From an uncultured Candidatus Saccharibacteria bacterium (GTDB lineage Bacteria; Patescibacteriota; Doudnabacteria; UBA920): 64,000 nt of DNA. The stretch's first letter is position 1, and every line of letters starts with the position of its first letter. This document shows, in pieces, positions 19,936-28,637 of the stretch. Below the pieces are notes generated by a model. That model saw nothing but the letters and a program-made list of their open reading frames with translations, was not told where the DNA came from and did not search any database. Position numbers and translations under genes: made by a program. Where the stretch lies: contig CAZTCH010000004.1 of assembly GCA_964612745.1 (NCBI GenBank), forward strand, positions 29,382 to 93,381, read 5' to 3'.

Positions 19936-20379
19936 TTACGCGTTTAATGTTTCTTTTACAATACGAGCAACCAGTGCGCCATCTGCAGCAGCACCAAATC
20001 TATCTTTTACTGCCTTAATCGCAGCCCCCATATCCTTCACAGACCAAGAATGCTGCGCGTGCAACTCTACAACTACTGCTCGCAACTCCTCTTCTGTTGC
20101 TTGCTTGGGTAAATACTTTTCCAGAATAGCTGCTTCCGCTAGCTCTTGTTCTGCAAGCTCCGCCCGTCCGCCCGACACAAACTCCGCAGCTGCTTCTTTT
20201 CTGCGTTTACATTCCGACTGAATAACACGCAAAACATCTTCTGAAGAAAGGTCTCCGGAAGATGATGCAATTTTTTCATTCTTTAAACGCGCAACGAGCA
20301 TACGCAAGGTACCAAGCGTTACTGCATCCCGAGCTTTCATTGCAGCAACCAAGTCAGCCTCTATGTGAGCTATGTCCAT
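19936..20379 (-). CDS. GatB/YqeY domain protein
   Basis: AMKARD, KRRKEAAAEF, YLPKQ, KDMG. Confidence 0.9.
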   Translation of the reverse strand: MDIAHIEADLVAAMKARDAVTLGTLRMLVARLKNEKIASSSGDLSSEDVLRVIQSECKRRKEAAAEFVSGGRAELAEQELAEAAILEKYLPKQATEEELRAVVVELHAQHSWSVKDMGAAIKAVKDRFGAAADGALVARIVKETLNA

Positions 20380-20475
20380 ATTTTTGTTTCATCTAAAATT
20401 GTAAGATCACCAGTACAAGTCAATAGTATAACTATACCAAAGCTGGTTCGTTATACTATTGTGTTGTCACATATC

Positions 20476-20712
20476 TTACCGACGACCAGTGCGCTTGGTA
20501 ATTGGTTTGCCGAGCTTCTTCAGTTCTTCGCGAATTGTGCGAAGTTGTGAACGACGACGGGCAGCGACACGCAACAAGTTGCGGCTTTTACCAGGCTCAA
20601 AAAATCGAGTCTTGCGGGCGCGAATCAAAATACCGCTCTGCTGTATCTTTCGATTAAAGCGTCTGAGCAAGCTTTCAAATGATTCACTTTCTTTACGTTT
20701 TACTTCTACCAC
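20476..20712 (-). CDS. rpsU: 30S ribosomal protein S21
   Basis: ESFESLLRRFNRKIQQSG, RFFEP; GTG start with GAGGTG RBS. Confidence 0.9.
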   Translation of the reverse strand: MVEVKRKESESFESLLRRFNRKIQQSGILIRARKTRFFEPGKSRNLLRVAARRRSQLRTIREELKKLGKPITKRTGRR

Positions 20713-20906
20713 ATGACTTCACCTCACTCTCTACAAGATATGTCTAGGAGTGTTCTGGGCTGATGGAAAAACCATAGCGCTAGAACTAACTAGTGCTCCT
20801 AAATCTTCCTAAACTTTACCATAATTACGCACCTACGGTCAACAAACAGCCAGTAAGACAAAAACCAAGGCACTGTGCCTTGGTCTCTTATTCCGTGCTA
20901 TGCGCC

Positions 20907-21248
20907 TTATTCAGCAAGCTGTTTGCCACCCAATACATGTAGATGAATATGTGGCACAATCTGGCCACCTTCCCTCCCCACGTTAAATGAAAGCCGGTAC
21001 CCACTCTCCCCGACACCTAAATCTGTAGCTACCTGCTTACCAGTCAGGATCATTTTTCCTAAAAGTGGTCCGTGTTCAGGCTTTGTATCACTTATTGATG
21101 GAATATGTTCTTTGCTAATCACCAGCACGTGCACTGGCGCCTTTGGTAAGATATCTTGCACGACAACAACCTCTGTATCTTCATAATACGTCTTTGCGGG
21201 GATTTTATGCTCGACAATATTACAAAATACACAATCGTCTTTTTCCAT
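20907..21248 (-). CDS. Histidine triad (HIT) nucleotide-binding protein
   Basis: CVFCNI, PKAPVHVL, GQIVPHIHLHVLGG. Confidence 0.95.
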   Translation of the reverse strand: MEKDDCVFCNIVEHKIPAKTYYEDTEVVVVQDILPKAPVHVLVISKEHIPSISDTKPEHGPLLGKMILTGKQVATDLGVGESGYRLSFNVGREGGQIVPHIHLHVLGGKQLAE

Positions 21249-21254
21249 AGTAAT

Positions 21255-21385
21255 TGAGTTAGGAGCTATCCGCCGTCGCTAAAGCTATGGCGGACAAGTA
21301 AATTAGGAATTAGGAGTTAGGGCTATAAGCTATAAGGTATCAGGTATAAGCTATCAGCTATCAGCTATCAGCTATCAGCTATCCA
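21255..21385. repeat. Heptamer arrays (TTAGGAG, TATAAGC, TATCAGC) with embedded REP-like family A hairpin
   Basis: (TATCAGC)x4 run; hairpin at 21269-21298. Confidence 0.8.
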
Positions 21386-21392
21386 CTCAACC

Positions 21393-22679
21393 CTACCTGC
21401 CAAGCCGTTTCTTTACTTCATCTACAATCTTATCATAGCTAAATACTTCTTGCATGCCACTCTTCACATCACGCAAAATGACGACTTCATCAACCGCTTC
21501 CTTCTGACCCATAATCAATGCAATAGGGCTATTAGCTTCTTGCGCTGCTTTCAGTTGGTTTTTCACACCAGCATACCCAAAATAGTCGAACACGGTTACG
21601 CCAGCTTCTACCAAATCTCGGAACAGTCGCAAACTGCGCTTGGCAGCCAGTTCCCCAAGCGGCACTAAATAGACCTCTGCAGGACGTCGTGCCAACGTAG
21701 CTGGTGCAGTGCTTCTGTCTAGAAGTGCACGATGTAGCAGCTGCAAGCTCCCATGCAGCCCAAACGCATGGATATTCTTTCCACCCAAACGCTGCACAAA
21801 TCCAGTATGCCCTTCGGCTTCTGCCACCACTGTCGCTACGCCATCGATTTTTAACTTCAGACTAACCACGGTCCCCACAGCCCCCTCCATACCGATAAGT
21901 AATGGGTTCAGCTGGTATGGTATTTGCAACTCTTCGAGCGCTTCAAGCAGGTTCGTAAATTGTTTCCGCGAAACTTCATCTAAGAAATCTAAAATAGTTG
22001 GCGCTTCACTCAAAACCATTTGGCAATCTAATTTTGTACAGCGAAGTACTTCTCGTGGCTTCTCTGACAATAGATCACCGCACGAATCACACAAATCATA
22101 ACGCTTCCCTTTTAAGTAATCGCGCAGCGCCGTCTCATACGCCTCTTGGCTTGGCTTGCTTCCACAGGTGTTCACTTCAAAAACCACATCGGTTAACGAC
22201 AAGGCTGAAAATAATTGCCACGCCGCACCCAATACTTGGGCTTCAGTCAAATGGTTAAATGCGCCCCACACTTCAAAACCAAATTCGTAATCCGAAACCA
22301 ACTCCTTTTGGCCAGCCATCAAGCACGATCCACTATATTGCCACTTTGTTAAATGCGGCTCACCCATTTTTGCCTGTGCTAAAATGCGCAACACAGATGG
22401 AAGCAACCCGACACGAAGCGCCAATTCACGCCCCGCAGCAGCAGCGAGAATAATTGCATGCACACGAGGGTGCGCCTCTCCAAGCACAGTAGTATAGAGA
22501 CTCGGATCTTCAGCTATAGGCAACTCGACTCGAGTAAAGCCATATTGTGTTGCGTACTGCTCAACTGCCAATAAGAGTGCTTGCCACAATGGGTCTTGGC
22601 TCGTCACTATATCTAAGCTTCCAGGAAGCCCAGGTGTTCGCTTACTTATTGCTTGCGAAATGGTTTTTTTCTCTGCCAT
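21393..22679 (-). CDS. Degenerate HisRS paralogue retaining anticodon-binding domain
   Basis: HisRS-like layout (TPGLPGSLDI, YGFTRVELP, LCDSC..CTKLDC, KNQLKAA, ILRDVKSGMQE) but catalytic motifs eroded. Confidence 0.8.
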   Translation of the reverse strand: MAEKKTISQAISKRTPGLPGSLDIVTSQDPLWQALLLAVEQYATQYGFTRVELPIAEDPSLYTTVLGEAHPRVHAIILAAAAGRELALRVGLLPSVLRILAQAKMGEPHLTKWQYSGSCLMAGQKELVSDYEFGFEVWGAFNHLTEAQVLGAAWQLFSALSLTDVVFEVNTCGSKPSQEAYETALRDYLKGKRYDLCDSCGDLLSEKPREVLRCTKLDCQMVLSEAPTILDFLDEVSRKQFTNLLEALEELQIPYQLNPLLIGMEGAVGTVVSLKLKIDGVATVVAEAEGHTGFVQRLGGKNIHAFGLHGSLQLLHRALLDRSTAPATLARRPAEVYLVPLGELAAKRSLRLFRDLVEAGVTVFDYFGYAGVKNQLKAAQEANSPIALIMGQKEAVDEVVILRDVKSGMQEVFSYDKIVDEVKKRLGR

Positions 22680-22693
22680 AGTGTATTCCTCGT

Positions 22694-23326
22694 TTATTCA
22701 GGGTACGTATAATGTGGTGTAATTCCAAACAACCGTAACGGTAGTACTCGTAACCACACCTTACCGATTATGTTTGCTTTTGGCAACGGCCCCCAGACAC
22801 GTGAGTCGCTACTCTGCAAACGATTGTCACCTAAGACGTAGTACTGATTGGCAGCTAACTCAACTTCTTCTGAACGACCAAGTGTCACGTTCTGGTTTGG
22901 CAAATACTGTTCGTCCAACAATAGTCCGTTGGGATGGTCGACATTTTTAATAGTCACCCGCCCTTGCGAAACAATGACCCTATCGCCAGGAACTCCAACA
23001 ATGCGCTTAATAAAATATTGTTCAGGATCGATAGGATATTTAAAGACAATGACGTCTCCCCGCTCGGGCTCTCCAAACCGATATGATAATTTTTGGACAA
23101 TGAGATATTCTCGATTATGAAACGTGGGCACCATGGAAGATCCAGATACCACAAATGGTTCAGCGATGAATGGCCGAATGATAAGCCATACGAGGACAAA
23201 GGCAATAAAAAAGATTTTAACAAGATCCCAGATAAAAATCGCTATCGACCGAATAGTCGTAGTTACTTCTGCCTCTGACTCTTCTTTTGTTTCTTGCTCC
23301 GAAGTTTGTTGGTTTTCAGTAGTCAC
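22694..23326 (-). CDS. lepB: Signal peptidase I
   Basis: VSGSSMVPT (Ser), FIKRIVGVPGD (Lys), GDNRLQSSDSR; start placed at GTG 23326 because the longer ORF overlaps tRNA-Val. Confidence 0.93.
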   Translation of the reverse strand: MTTENQQTSEQETKEESEAEVTTTIRSIAIFIWDLVKIFFIAFVLVWLIIRPFIAEPFVVSGSSMVPTFHNREYLIVQKLSYRFGEPERGDVIVFKYPIDPEQYFIKRIVGVPGDRVIVSQGRVTIKNVDHPNGLLLDEQYLPNQNVTLGRSEEVELAANQYYVLGDNRLQSSDSRVWGPLPKANIIGKVWLRVLPLRLFGITPHYTYPE

Positions 23327-23387
23327 AATATATTCTTTATACGTTATATTAGTGCGAGTCAGACCTGAATACAGAATGCACAAAAAT

Positions 23388-23464
23388 TGGTAGCCACTGC
23401 TGGATTCGAACCAGCGACCTCGCCGATGTGAACGGCGCGCTCTAACCAACTGAGCTAAGTGGCC
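23388..23464 (-). tRNA. tRNA-Val(CAC)
   Basis: GGCCACT...AGTGGCT-ACCA; anticodon arm CGCCG-TTCACAT-CGGCG. Confidence 0.95.
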
Positions 23465-23634
23465 ACAACAGTACATGACCACACTGTCGTACAGAGCCGA
23501 ATGACTCAAGCAATACAAGACTTTTTTGATACGAGTCCCATACGAGTACACCAACTATACCATTTCCACCCTTTGCTGCGCAAGATAGAAACAAGCCACA
23601 AAACCCCTTTTTTTTGCTATACTATAGAAGATGT

Positions 23635-25203
23635 ATGCGCCAAGACTCATACCGGCTACGGCAACGCATTTCTAGCTACAAAGAAGCAATGGACGAACAC
23701 TTTTCAGGTATAAAATCAATGGACGCTGTGATGAAACCAGCACCACGAGTTTCAGTCACGTACGGCGCTCCAAAAATAGCAACACGAAAACACTCTAAAT
23801 GGCCTTGGGTTTTAGGGTTTCTTTTTCTTGTTTTGGCAGGAGGCATGTACTTCATCGTACACACTGCTCAAAAGTGGACCACCGACAGCTTTGTCGGTCA
23901 AAGCAGCAATATATTCAGTAGTGCAAAAGATATTTTCTTAGGCACCACCGGACAGGCTGACTTACAAGGAGAAAAAGAAGGAGTTGTGCGGATACTCCTG
24001 CTTGGCATTGGAGGCGAAGGCCACGACGGGCCGTATCTCTCAGATACCATCATCCTCGCCCAGCTTACATTGGCCACCAATGAAGTATCACTCACTGCAC
24101 TCCCCCGTGACTATCAAGTACAACTCCCCGATGGTTTTGGGCAAAGAAAAATTAATGCCGCCTTCGCCGAAGGGTTCAATAAAAACAAAAACTGGGAAGA
24201 AGCAGGAAGATTTGCCAGAGAAGTTGTCCAAACTGTATCCGGCCTGAATATCCCCTACTTTGCAGTGATTGACTTTAGCGGTTTTGAAAAAGCCATAGAC
24301 CAAGTGGGTGGAGTAGATGTAGCAGTCGAACGCACATTCACTGACTATAAATACCCCGATAGCAACAACGGATATTTGCCACCACAAACATTTACCGAAG
24401 GCATGCAACACTTGAACGGAGCCCGCGCCCTGATTTATGCCAGATCAAGACACGCAGCCGGACCAGAAGGAAGTGACTTTGCTCGCGGTATCCGCCAGCA
24501 AAAAATTATGCAAGCGTTAAAACAAAAAGTATTTTCGCTCAACATAGTCACGGACACTGGACAAATTGCTCAACTACTCCAAACCTTTGCAGCGCACTTC
24601 CACACCAACCTCACCCCCGGACAACTGGTGCGCTTAGCAAAAATTGGCCAAGAAATTGAGTCGCAGAACATAATCTCTACGAGCCTTGATCCTGTCACCG
24701 GACTTGTCTGCCCTGAAATAGCAGCCGAAAGCGGGGCGTATATACTTGTCCCCTGCGCTGGCAAAACAAAACAAGACATACAACAATTCTTCAAGAATGC
24801 GCTTGCAATCGGCAAACTGAGCGAAGAAAAAAGTGTTGTATGGATTGCTACCAACGACCCAAAAACTACAGTCTACCGCAGAATCAGCGCCCTCTTAGAA
24901 CAAGCAGGACTCACTGTTTGGCCAATCGCCTATACTGACTTACAGCCTGAACAGAGCGTGATTTACCAAGTCAACCCGAAAGCGGCAACGACCGACTTTC
25001 TCAAAACGACTTTGAAAGCAAAAGAAGTCACGGTTGCTCCACCAAATATTCGCATCGACTCCAGTCGGAGTGATCTCATAGTCATACTCGGAGAAAATAT
25101 CCCTGCTGAATTTAGCAAGCCACTCCCTCTCAGTACACCATCTCAAACCCAGCCCTCGCCAACGCCAACCGCGACGCAGAACAACACCAACACAGACAAC
25201 TAA
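23635..25203 (+). CDS. LytR-CpsA-Psr (LCP) family protein with LytR C-terminal-like domain
   Basis: ILLLG, SDTII, LPRD, KINAAF, YARSRH, SDFARGIRQQ. Confidence 0.92.
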   Translation: MRQDSYRLRQRISSYKEAMDEHFSGIKSMDAVMKPAPRVSVTYGAPKIATRKHSKWPWVLGFLFLVLAGGMYFIVHTAQKWTTDSFVGQSSNIFSSAKDIFLGTTGQADLQGEKEGVVRILLLGIGGEGHDGPYLSDTIILAQLTLATNEVSLTALPRDYQVQLPDGFGQRKINAAFAEGFNKNKNWEEAGRFAREVVQTVSGLNIPYFAVIDFSGFEKAIDQVGGVDVAVERTFTDYKYPDSNNGYLPPQTFTEGMQHLNGARALIYARSRHAAGPEGSDFARGIRQQKIMQALKQKVFSLNIVTDTGQIAQLLQTFAAHFHTNLTPGQLVRLAKIGQEIESQNIISTSLDPVTGLVCPEIAAESGAYILVPCAGKTKQDIQQFFKNALAIGKLSEEKSVVWIATNDPKTTVYRRISALLEQAGLTVWPIAYTDLQPEQSVIYQVNPKAATTDFLKTTLKAKEVTVAPPNIRIDSSRSDLIVILGENIPAEFSKPLPLSTPSQTQPSPTPTATQNNTNTDN

Positions 25204-25247
25204 TATCCGCATGACCAGTTTGTCTTATCAATTAACACACGCCCCTT

Positions 25248-26630
25248 ATGTCACTCCCTATCGTCGCACTCGTTGGTCTGCCCAATGCAGGAAAATCTAC
25301 CCTTTTTAACAGAATAACTGGCCAACACATGGCAGTTACCTCAGAGGTCGCCGGCACAACCCGAGACCGCCAATACGCCACCGTCGCTTGGAATATGGGC
25401 GAGTTTAATTTGGAAGACACTGCTGGTCTCGCTTTTTTCACAGAGCAAAATGAGCTGGAAGCTTCTGTGAAAAAACAAATCGATATCGCTACGAAAGAGG
25501 CGGATGTCCTTGTGTTAGTCGTGGATGGAAAAACTGGAGTAGAAGCTCTCGACCGCGAAGTGCTCCTCACTTTTCGAAGAATTAAAAAGCCAGTGGTGGT
25601 TGCAGTAAATAAGCTGGACTCGCCAAATAATTTAGAAAGCCTCAGCGCTCCTTTTTACAAGTTAGGGATCAAAGCGATATACCCAATCTCCAGCGTTACG
25701 GGGAGAGGTATTGGTGATTTGCTCGATCATATTGTTTCTCTACTCCCAAAGCCTGAAGCACCACAACCAGCGGCACTCCCCGCCGTCGACGCAGCCATAG
25801 CAGTAGCAATAGTAGGAAAACCAAACGTTGGAAAATCAAGCCTTTTTAATACTATCCTCCAAGACGAACGAGTGGTTGTTTCAAATGTACCTGGGACTAC
25901 ACGAACCGCAATAGACAGCGAGATAACAATCAACAACCAACCCTATACCTTTATTGACACAGCTGGTTTAAAGAAAAAAGCACACAGACAAGAGCGCCCA
26001 GACCTTTACTCTGGATTTCAAACATATAAATCCATTCGCCGGAGTGATGTCTGTTTGTTTGTGCTTGATGCAGGAGAACCTGTTACCAGCCAAGACCAAG
26101 CAATAGCATCGGAAATACTCGACCAAGAAAAAGGGTGCATTATGCTGGTGAATAAAATCGATGCATACAAGGAACACCGACAAGCCAAAGCAGCGAGCAT
26201 TGCTCCCCAAAACGCATCGGAAGAAGAAACAACCGCTGCGCTCCACGCTTACGTCAGTACTCATTTCCCGTTCCTTTGGATGTGTCCCGTATTTTTTGTC
26301 TCAGCCAAAACAGGCGAAGGAATCCAAGAAGCACTTGCAGAGATCCGTGGCATTTACGACCGTAGACACAAAACTGTACCAGCCGAGTCACTCAAAGGAC
26401 TACTTGCAAAGTGGAAAAAGATTAGCCCACCTCGCCGCATGCTAGACCAAAAAGAACCAAAAGTGTTTGGTTTAAGCCAGATCGATACCAACCCTCCTCG
26501 CTTCGAGCTACTCGTCAATCACACTCCAGCAATCTCCGAAAATTTCCGCAAAACAATTGAGAACGCTATTATTAAGGACCTCGACTATTGGGGCACACCT
26601 ATTAAAGTCCGCTTAGTGAAAAAAGTGTAG
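25248..26630 (+). CDS. der: Ribosome biogenesis GTPase Der
   Basis: Tandem G-domains GLPNAGKS and GKPNVGKS, GTTR, DTAG, NKxD. Confidence 0.97.
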   Translation: MSLPIVALVGLPNAGKSTLFNRITGQHMAVTSEVAGTTRDRQYATVAWNMGEFNLEDTAGLAFFTEQNELEASVKKQIDIATKEADVLVLVVDGKTGVEALDREVLLTFRRIKKPVVVAVNKLDSPNNLESLSAPFYKLGIKAIYPISSVTGRGIGDLLDHIVSLLPKPEAPQPAALPAVDAAIAVAIVGKPNVGKSSLFNTILQDERVVVSNVPGTTRTAIDSEITINNQPYTFIDTAGLKKKAHRQERPDLYSGFQTYKSIRRSDVCLFVLDAGEPVTSQDQAIASEILDQEKGCIMLVNKIDAYKEHRQAKAASIAPQNASEEETTAALHAYVSTHFPFLWMCPVFFVSAKTGEGIQEALAEIRGIYDRRHKTVPAESLKGLLAKWKKISPPRRMLDQKEPKVFGLSQIDTNPPRFELLVNHTPAISENFRKTIENAIIKDLDYWGTPIKVRLVKKV

Positions 26631-26666
26631 TGCCGCGCACGAGAAAAACCCTGCTATACTAGTAGT

Positions 26667-27224
26667 ATGAAAGTGATCGTTGGCCTCGGTAACCCTGGAA
26701 TGAAATATGCAAAAACCAGACACAACGTCGGGTTTTTAGCATTAGACTTTTATCTTCGTGACATGCAAACTATTTCATGTTCGTCACGATTCCATGGCCA
26801 AATCTGTGAAGTGCACTTTACCCTTTCGGGTAATCCCATACCGGTGAAAACCTTTTTCATCAAACCACAAACGTATATGAATAAATCTGGGGATGCCGTC
26901 GCGGAAATTGTATCGTACTACAAGCTCCAACCAGAAACAGATTTACTCATTGTGCACGATGAAATTGATTTAAAGTTTGGTTACTCCAAGACCGCATTCG
27001 ACTCAAGACCTGCTGGACACAACGGAGTAAAAAGTATTATCGCTTCACTCGGAACTCAAAAATTTCACCGCTTACGTATTGGAGTTGAGTCACGCAAGAG
27101 TCGCCTCGAGAGCCCTACGGATGAATACGTACTCAGCCAATTCAGCTCAGACGAGTTAGCCACCCTCGAAAGCGACGTATTCCCAAAAGCTGCGCTCGTC
27201 ATACAAGAATTTATTGCGTCATAA
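26667..27224 (+). CDS. pth: Peptidyl-tRNA hydrolase
   Basis: GLGNPG, TRHNVG, KPQTYMNKSG, GHNG. Confidence 0.97.
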   Translation: MKVIVGLGNPGMKYAKTRHNVGFLALDFYLRDMQTISCSSRFHGQICEVHFTLSGNPIPVKTFFIKPQTYMNKSGDAVAEIVSYYKLQPETDLLIVHDEIDLKFGYSKTAFDSRPAGHNGVKSIIASLGTQKFHRLRIGVESRKSRLESPTDEYVLSQFSSDELATLESDVFPKAALVIQEFIAS

Positions 27225-27259
27225 ACGTATGTGTGACCACACTCACATTGCAAGCAAAC

Positions 27260-27443
27260 AAAAAACCCGAGTTTTCAACTCGGGTTTTTACTTTTTCTTA
27301 CTACCCCACCTGCAAGTGAAAGGCAACAGACAATCGTCTATTAACCTTTGCTCACCGCTAGTTGCAGGAGGTAGGAGGGATGACTCCTGCGTTCGCACTT
27401 ACAAGCAGGGTACTAAGAAATAGTATTTCAAAAAACTATCTAT
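27260..27443 (-). ncRNA. Candidate free-standing structured ncRNA (~180 nt)
   Basis: Perfect promoter upstream; ~25-bp basal stem (27294-27420) with G-U pairs on minus strand; two branch hairpins; terminator at 27261-27289. Confidence 0.7.
27261..27289. terminator. Bidirectional terminator (pth / candidate ncRNA)
   Basis: AAAAACCCGAGTT-TTC-AACTCGGGTTTTT. Confidence 0.85.
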
Positions 27444-27449
27444 ATAAGA

Positions 27450-27478
27450 ATTATACGCTTTTTCACTCTATTTGTCAA
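27450..27478 (-). promoter_or_regulatory. Perfect consensus sigma70 promoter
   Basis: TTGACA(27478-27473)-N17-TATAAT(27455-27450), pointing away from dprA. Confidence 0.88.
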
Positions 27479-27510
27479 TATTCTTCTTTTTAAGCACACC
27501 GAGACTTTCT

Positions 27511-28629
27511 ATGCCAAACTCACCAACCACACCCACACACGCACACGCAACCGATACACTGTTCCTGCATTGCACGAACTGCTTTATAGGATTCGGCCCA
27601 AAACGCCTCAGCCTACTCGAGCACTTTTTTACTTCTTGGGAAGAGGCTTTTCACGCACCACTCTCCGCACTGCGAGCAGCAGGAATCCCTGAGCCAGTTG
27701 CCGAAAAGTTCATACAGGTGCGCTCGACTATTCAGCCTGAGGCAGAGCAAGAAAAGTTAGCCAAAGAGAGCATTAGTCTCCTCACTCCAGATGAAGCTAC
27801 GTGGCCGCCCCTGTTACGTGAAATACCAGCACCACCACTCGTACTCTATTACAAAGGAGCACCGCCCGTACATCAACTCTGCATAGCTGTCGTTGGGACA
27901 CGAAATATCACCACCTATGGTAGAACAACCATACAGCTACTCATTCCCCCGCTCGCACGAGCTGGCATCTGCATAGTATCAGGCATGGCGTTTGGCGTTG
28001 ACGCTGCAGCGCACACTACCGCCTTGCACAATCACACCGCAACCATCGCAGTGCTGGGCTCTGGCTTGGACGAACTGAGTATATACCCAAAAGCACACTG
28101 TCTTCTCGCCAGCCAAATACTAGAAAATGGTGGTAGCTTACTCTCCGAGTACCCACCAGGGACTCCTGCCTACAAACAAAACTTTATTGCACGAAATAGA
28201 ATTATTTCTGGCATGAGTCACGGTACGCTCGTTGTCGAATGCAGCGCACAGAGTGGATCACTCCTGACCGCACGGTACGCCCTCGAGCAAAACAGAGATG
28301 TGTACGCCGTACCAGGCTCCATACACTCACCCCAAAGTCGGGGCACCAATGATTTACTCAAGCAAGGAGCAATCCCAGTCACCGATGCGCAAGATATTCT
28401 GACCAACTTAGGAGTGACACCAACAACTGAGGCAGAACCAACACCAAACTACACCCTAACCACAACCGAAAAAGAAATTCTTGATATACTTACCAAGACA
28501 CCAGTACATATCGATACGCTTGTCACACAAACTAATTTGACAGCAGCGCTCATACACACCACACTGAGCATGTTAGAACTTAAAGGACTCGTAGAAAACA
28601 TTGGTGCAAGCCAATACATACGCTCATAA
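27511..28629 (+). CDS. dprA: DNA-processing protein DprA
   Basis: AVVGTR, VSGMAFGVDAAAH, FIARNRIISG, SGSLLTA, C-terminal wHTH. Confidence 0.96.
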   Translation: MPNSPTTPTHAHATDTLFLHCTNCFIGFGPKRLSLLEHFFTSWEEAFHAPLSALRAAGIPEPVAEKFIQVRSTIQPEAEQEKLAKESISLLTPDEATWPPLLREIPAPPLVLYYKGAPPVHQLCIAVVGTRNITTYGRTTIQLLIPPLARAGICIVSGMAFGVDAAAHTTALHNHTATIAVLGSGLDELSIYPKAHCLLASQILENGGSLLSEYPPGTPAYKQNFIARNRIISGMSHGTLVVECSAQSGSLLTARYALEQNRDVYAVPGSIHSPQSRGTNDLLKQGAIPVTDAQDILTNLGVTPTTEAEPTPNYTLTTTEKEILDILTKTPVHIDTLVTQTNLTAALIHTTLSMLELKGLVENIGASQYIRS

Positions 28630-28637
28630 ACACCTTC

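Noticed and set aside
21393-22679. HisZ assignment
   Set aside because: Retains the anticodon-binding domain and no hisG or his operon nearby; not fully excluded without the whole genome.
23327-23554. Long N-terminus of lepB in ORF track
   Set aside because: Overlaps tRNA-Val.
27294-27420. SRP RNA or tmRNA; plus-strand ORFs 27214-27423 and a 37-aa ORF from 27380
   Set aside because: No SRP domain IV motif (CAGG..GRAA..AGCA) and no tRNA-like ends; G-U pairs and the promoter favour a minus-strand RNA; the ORFs have no recognisable features.
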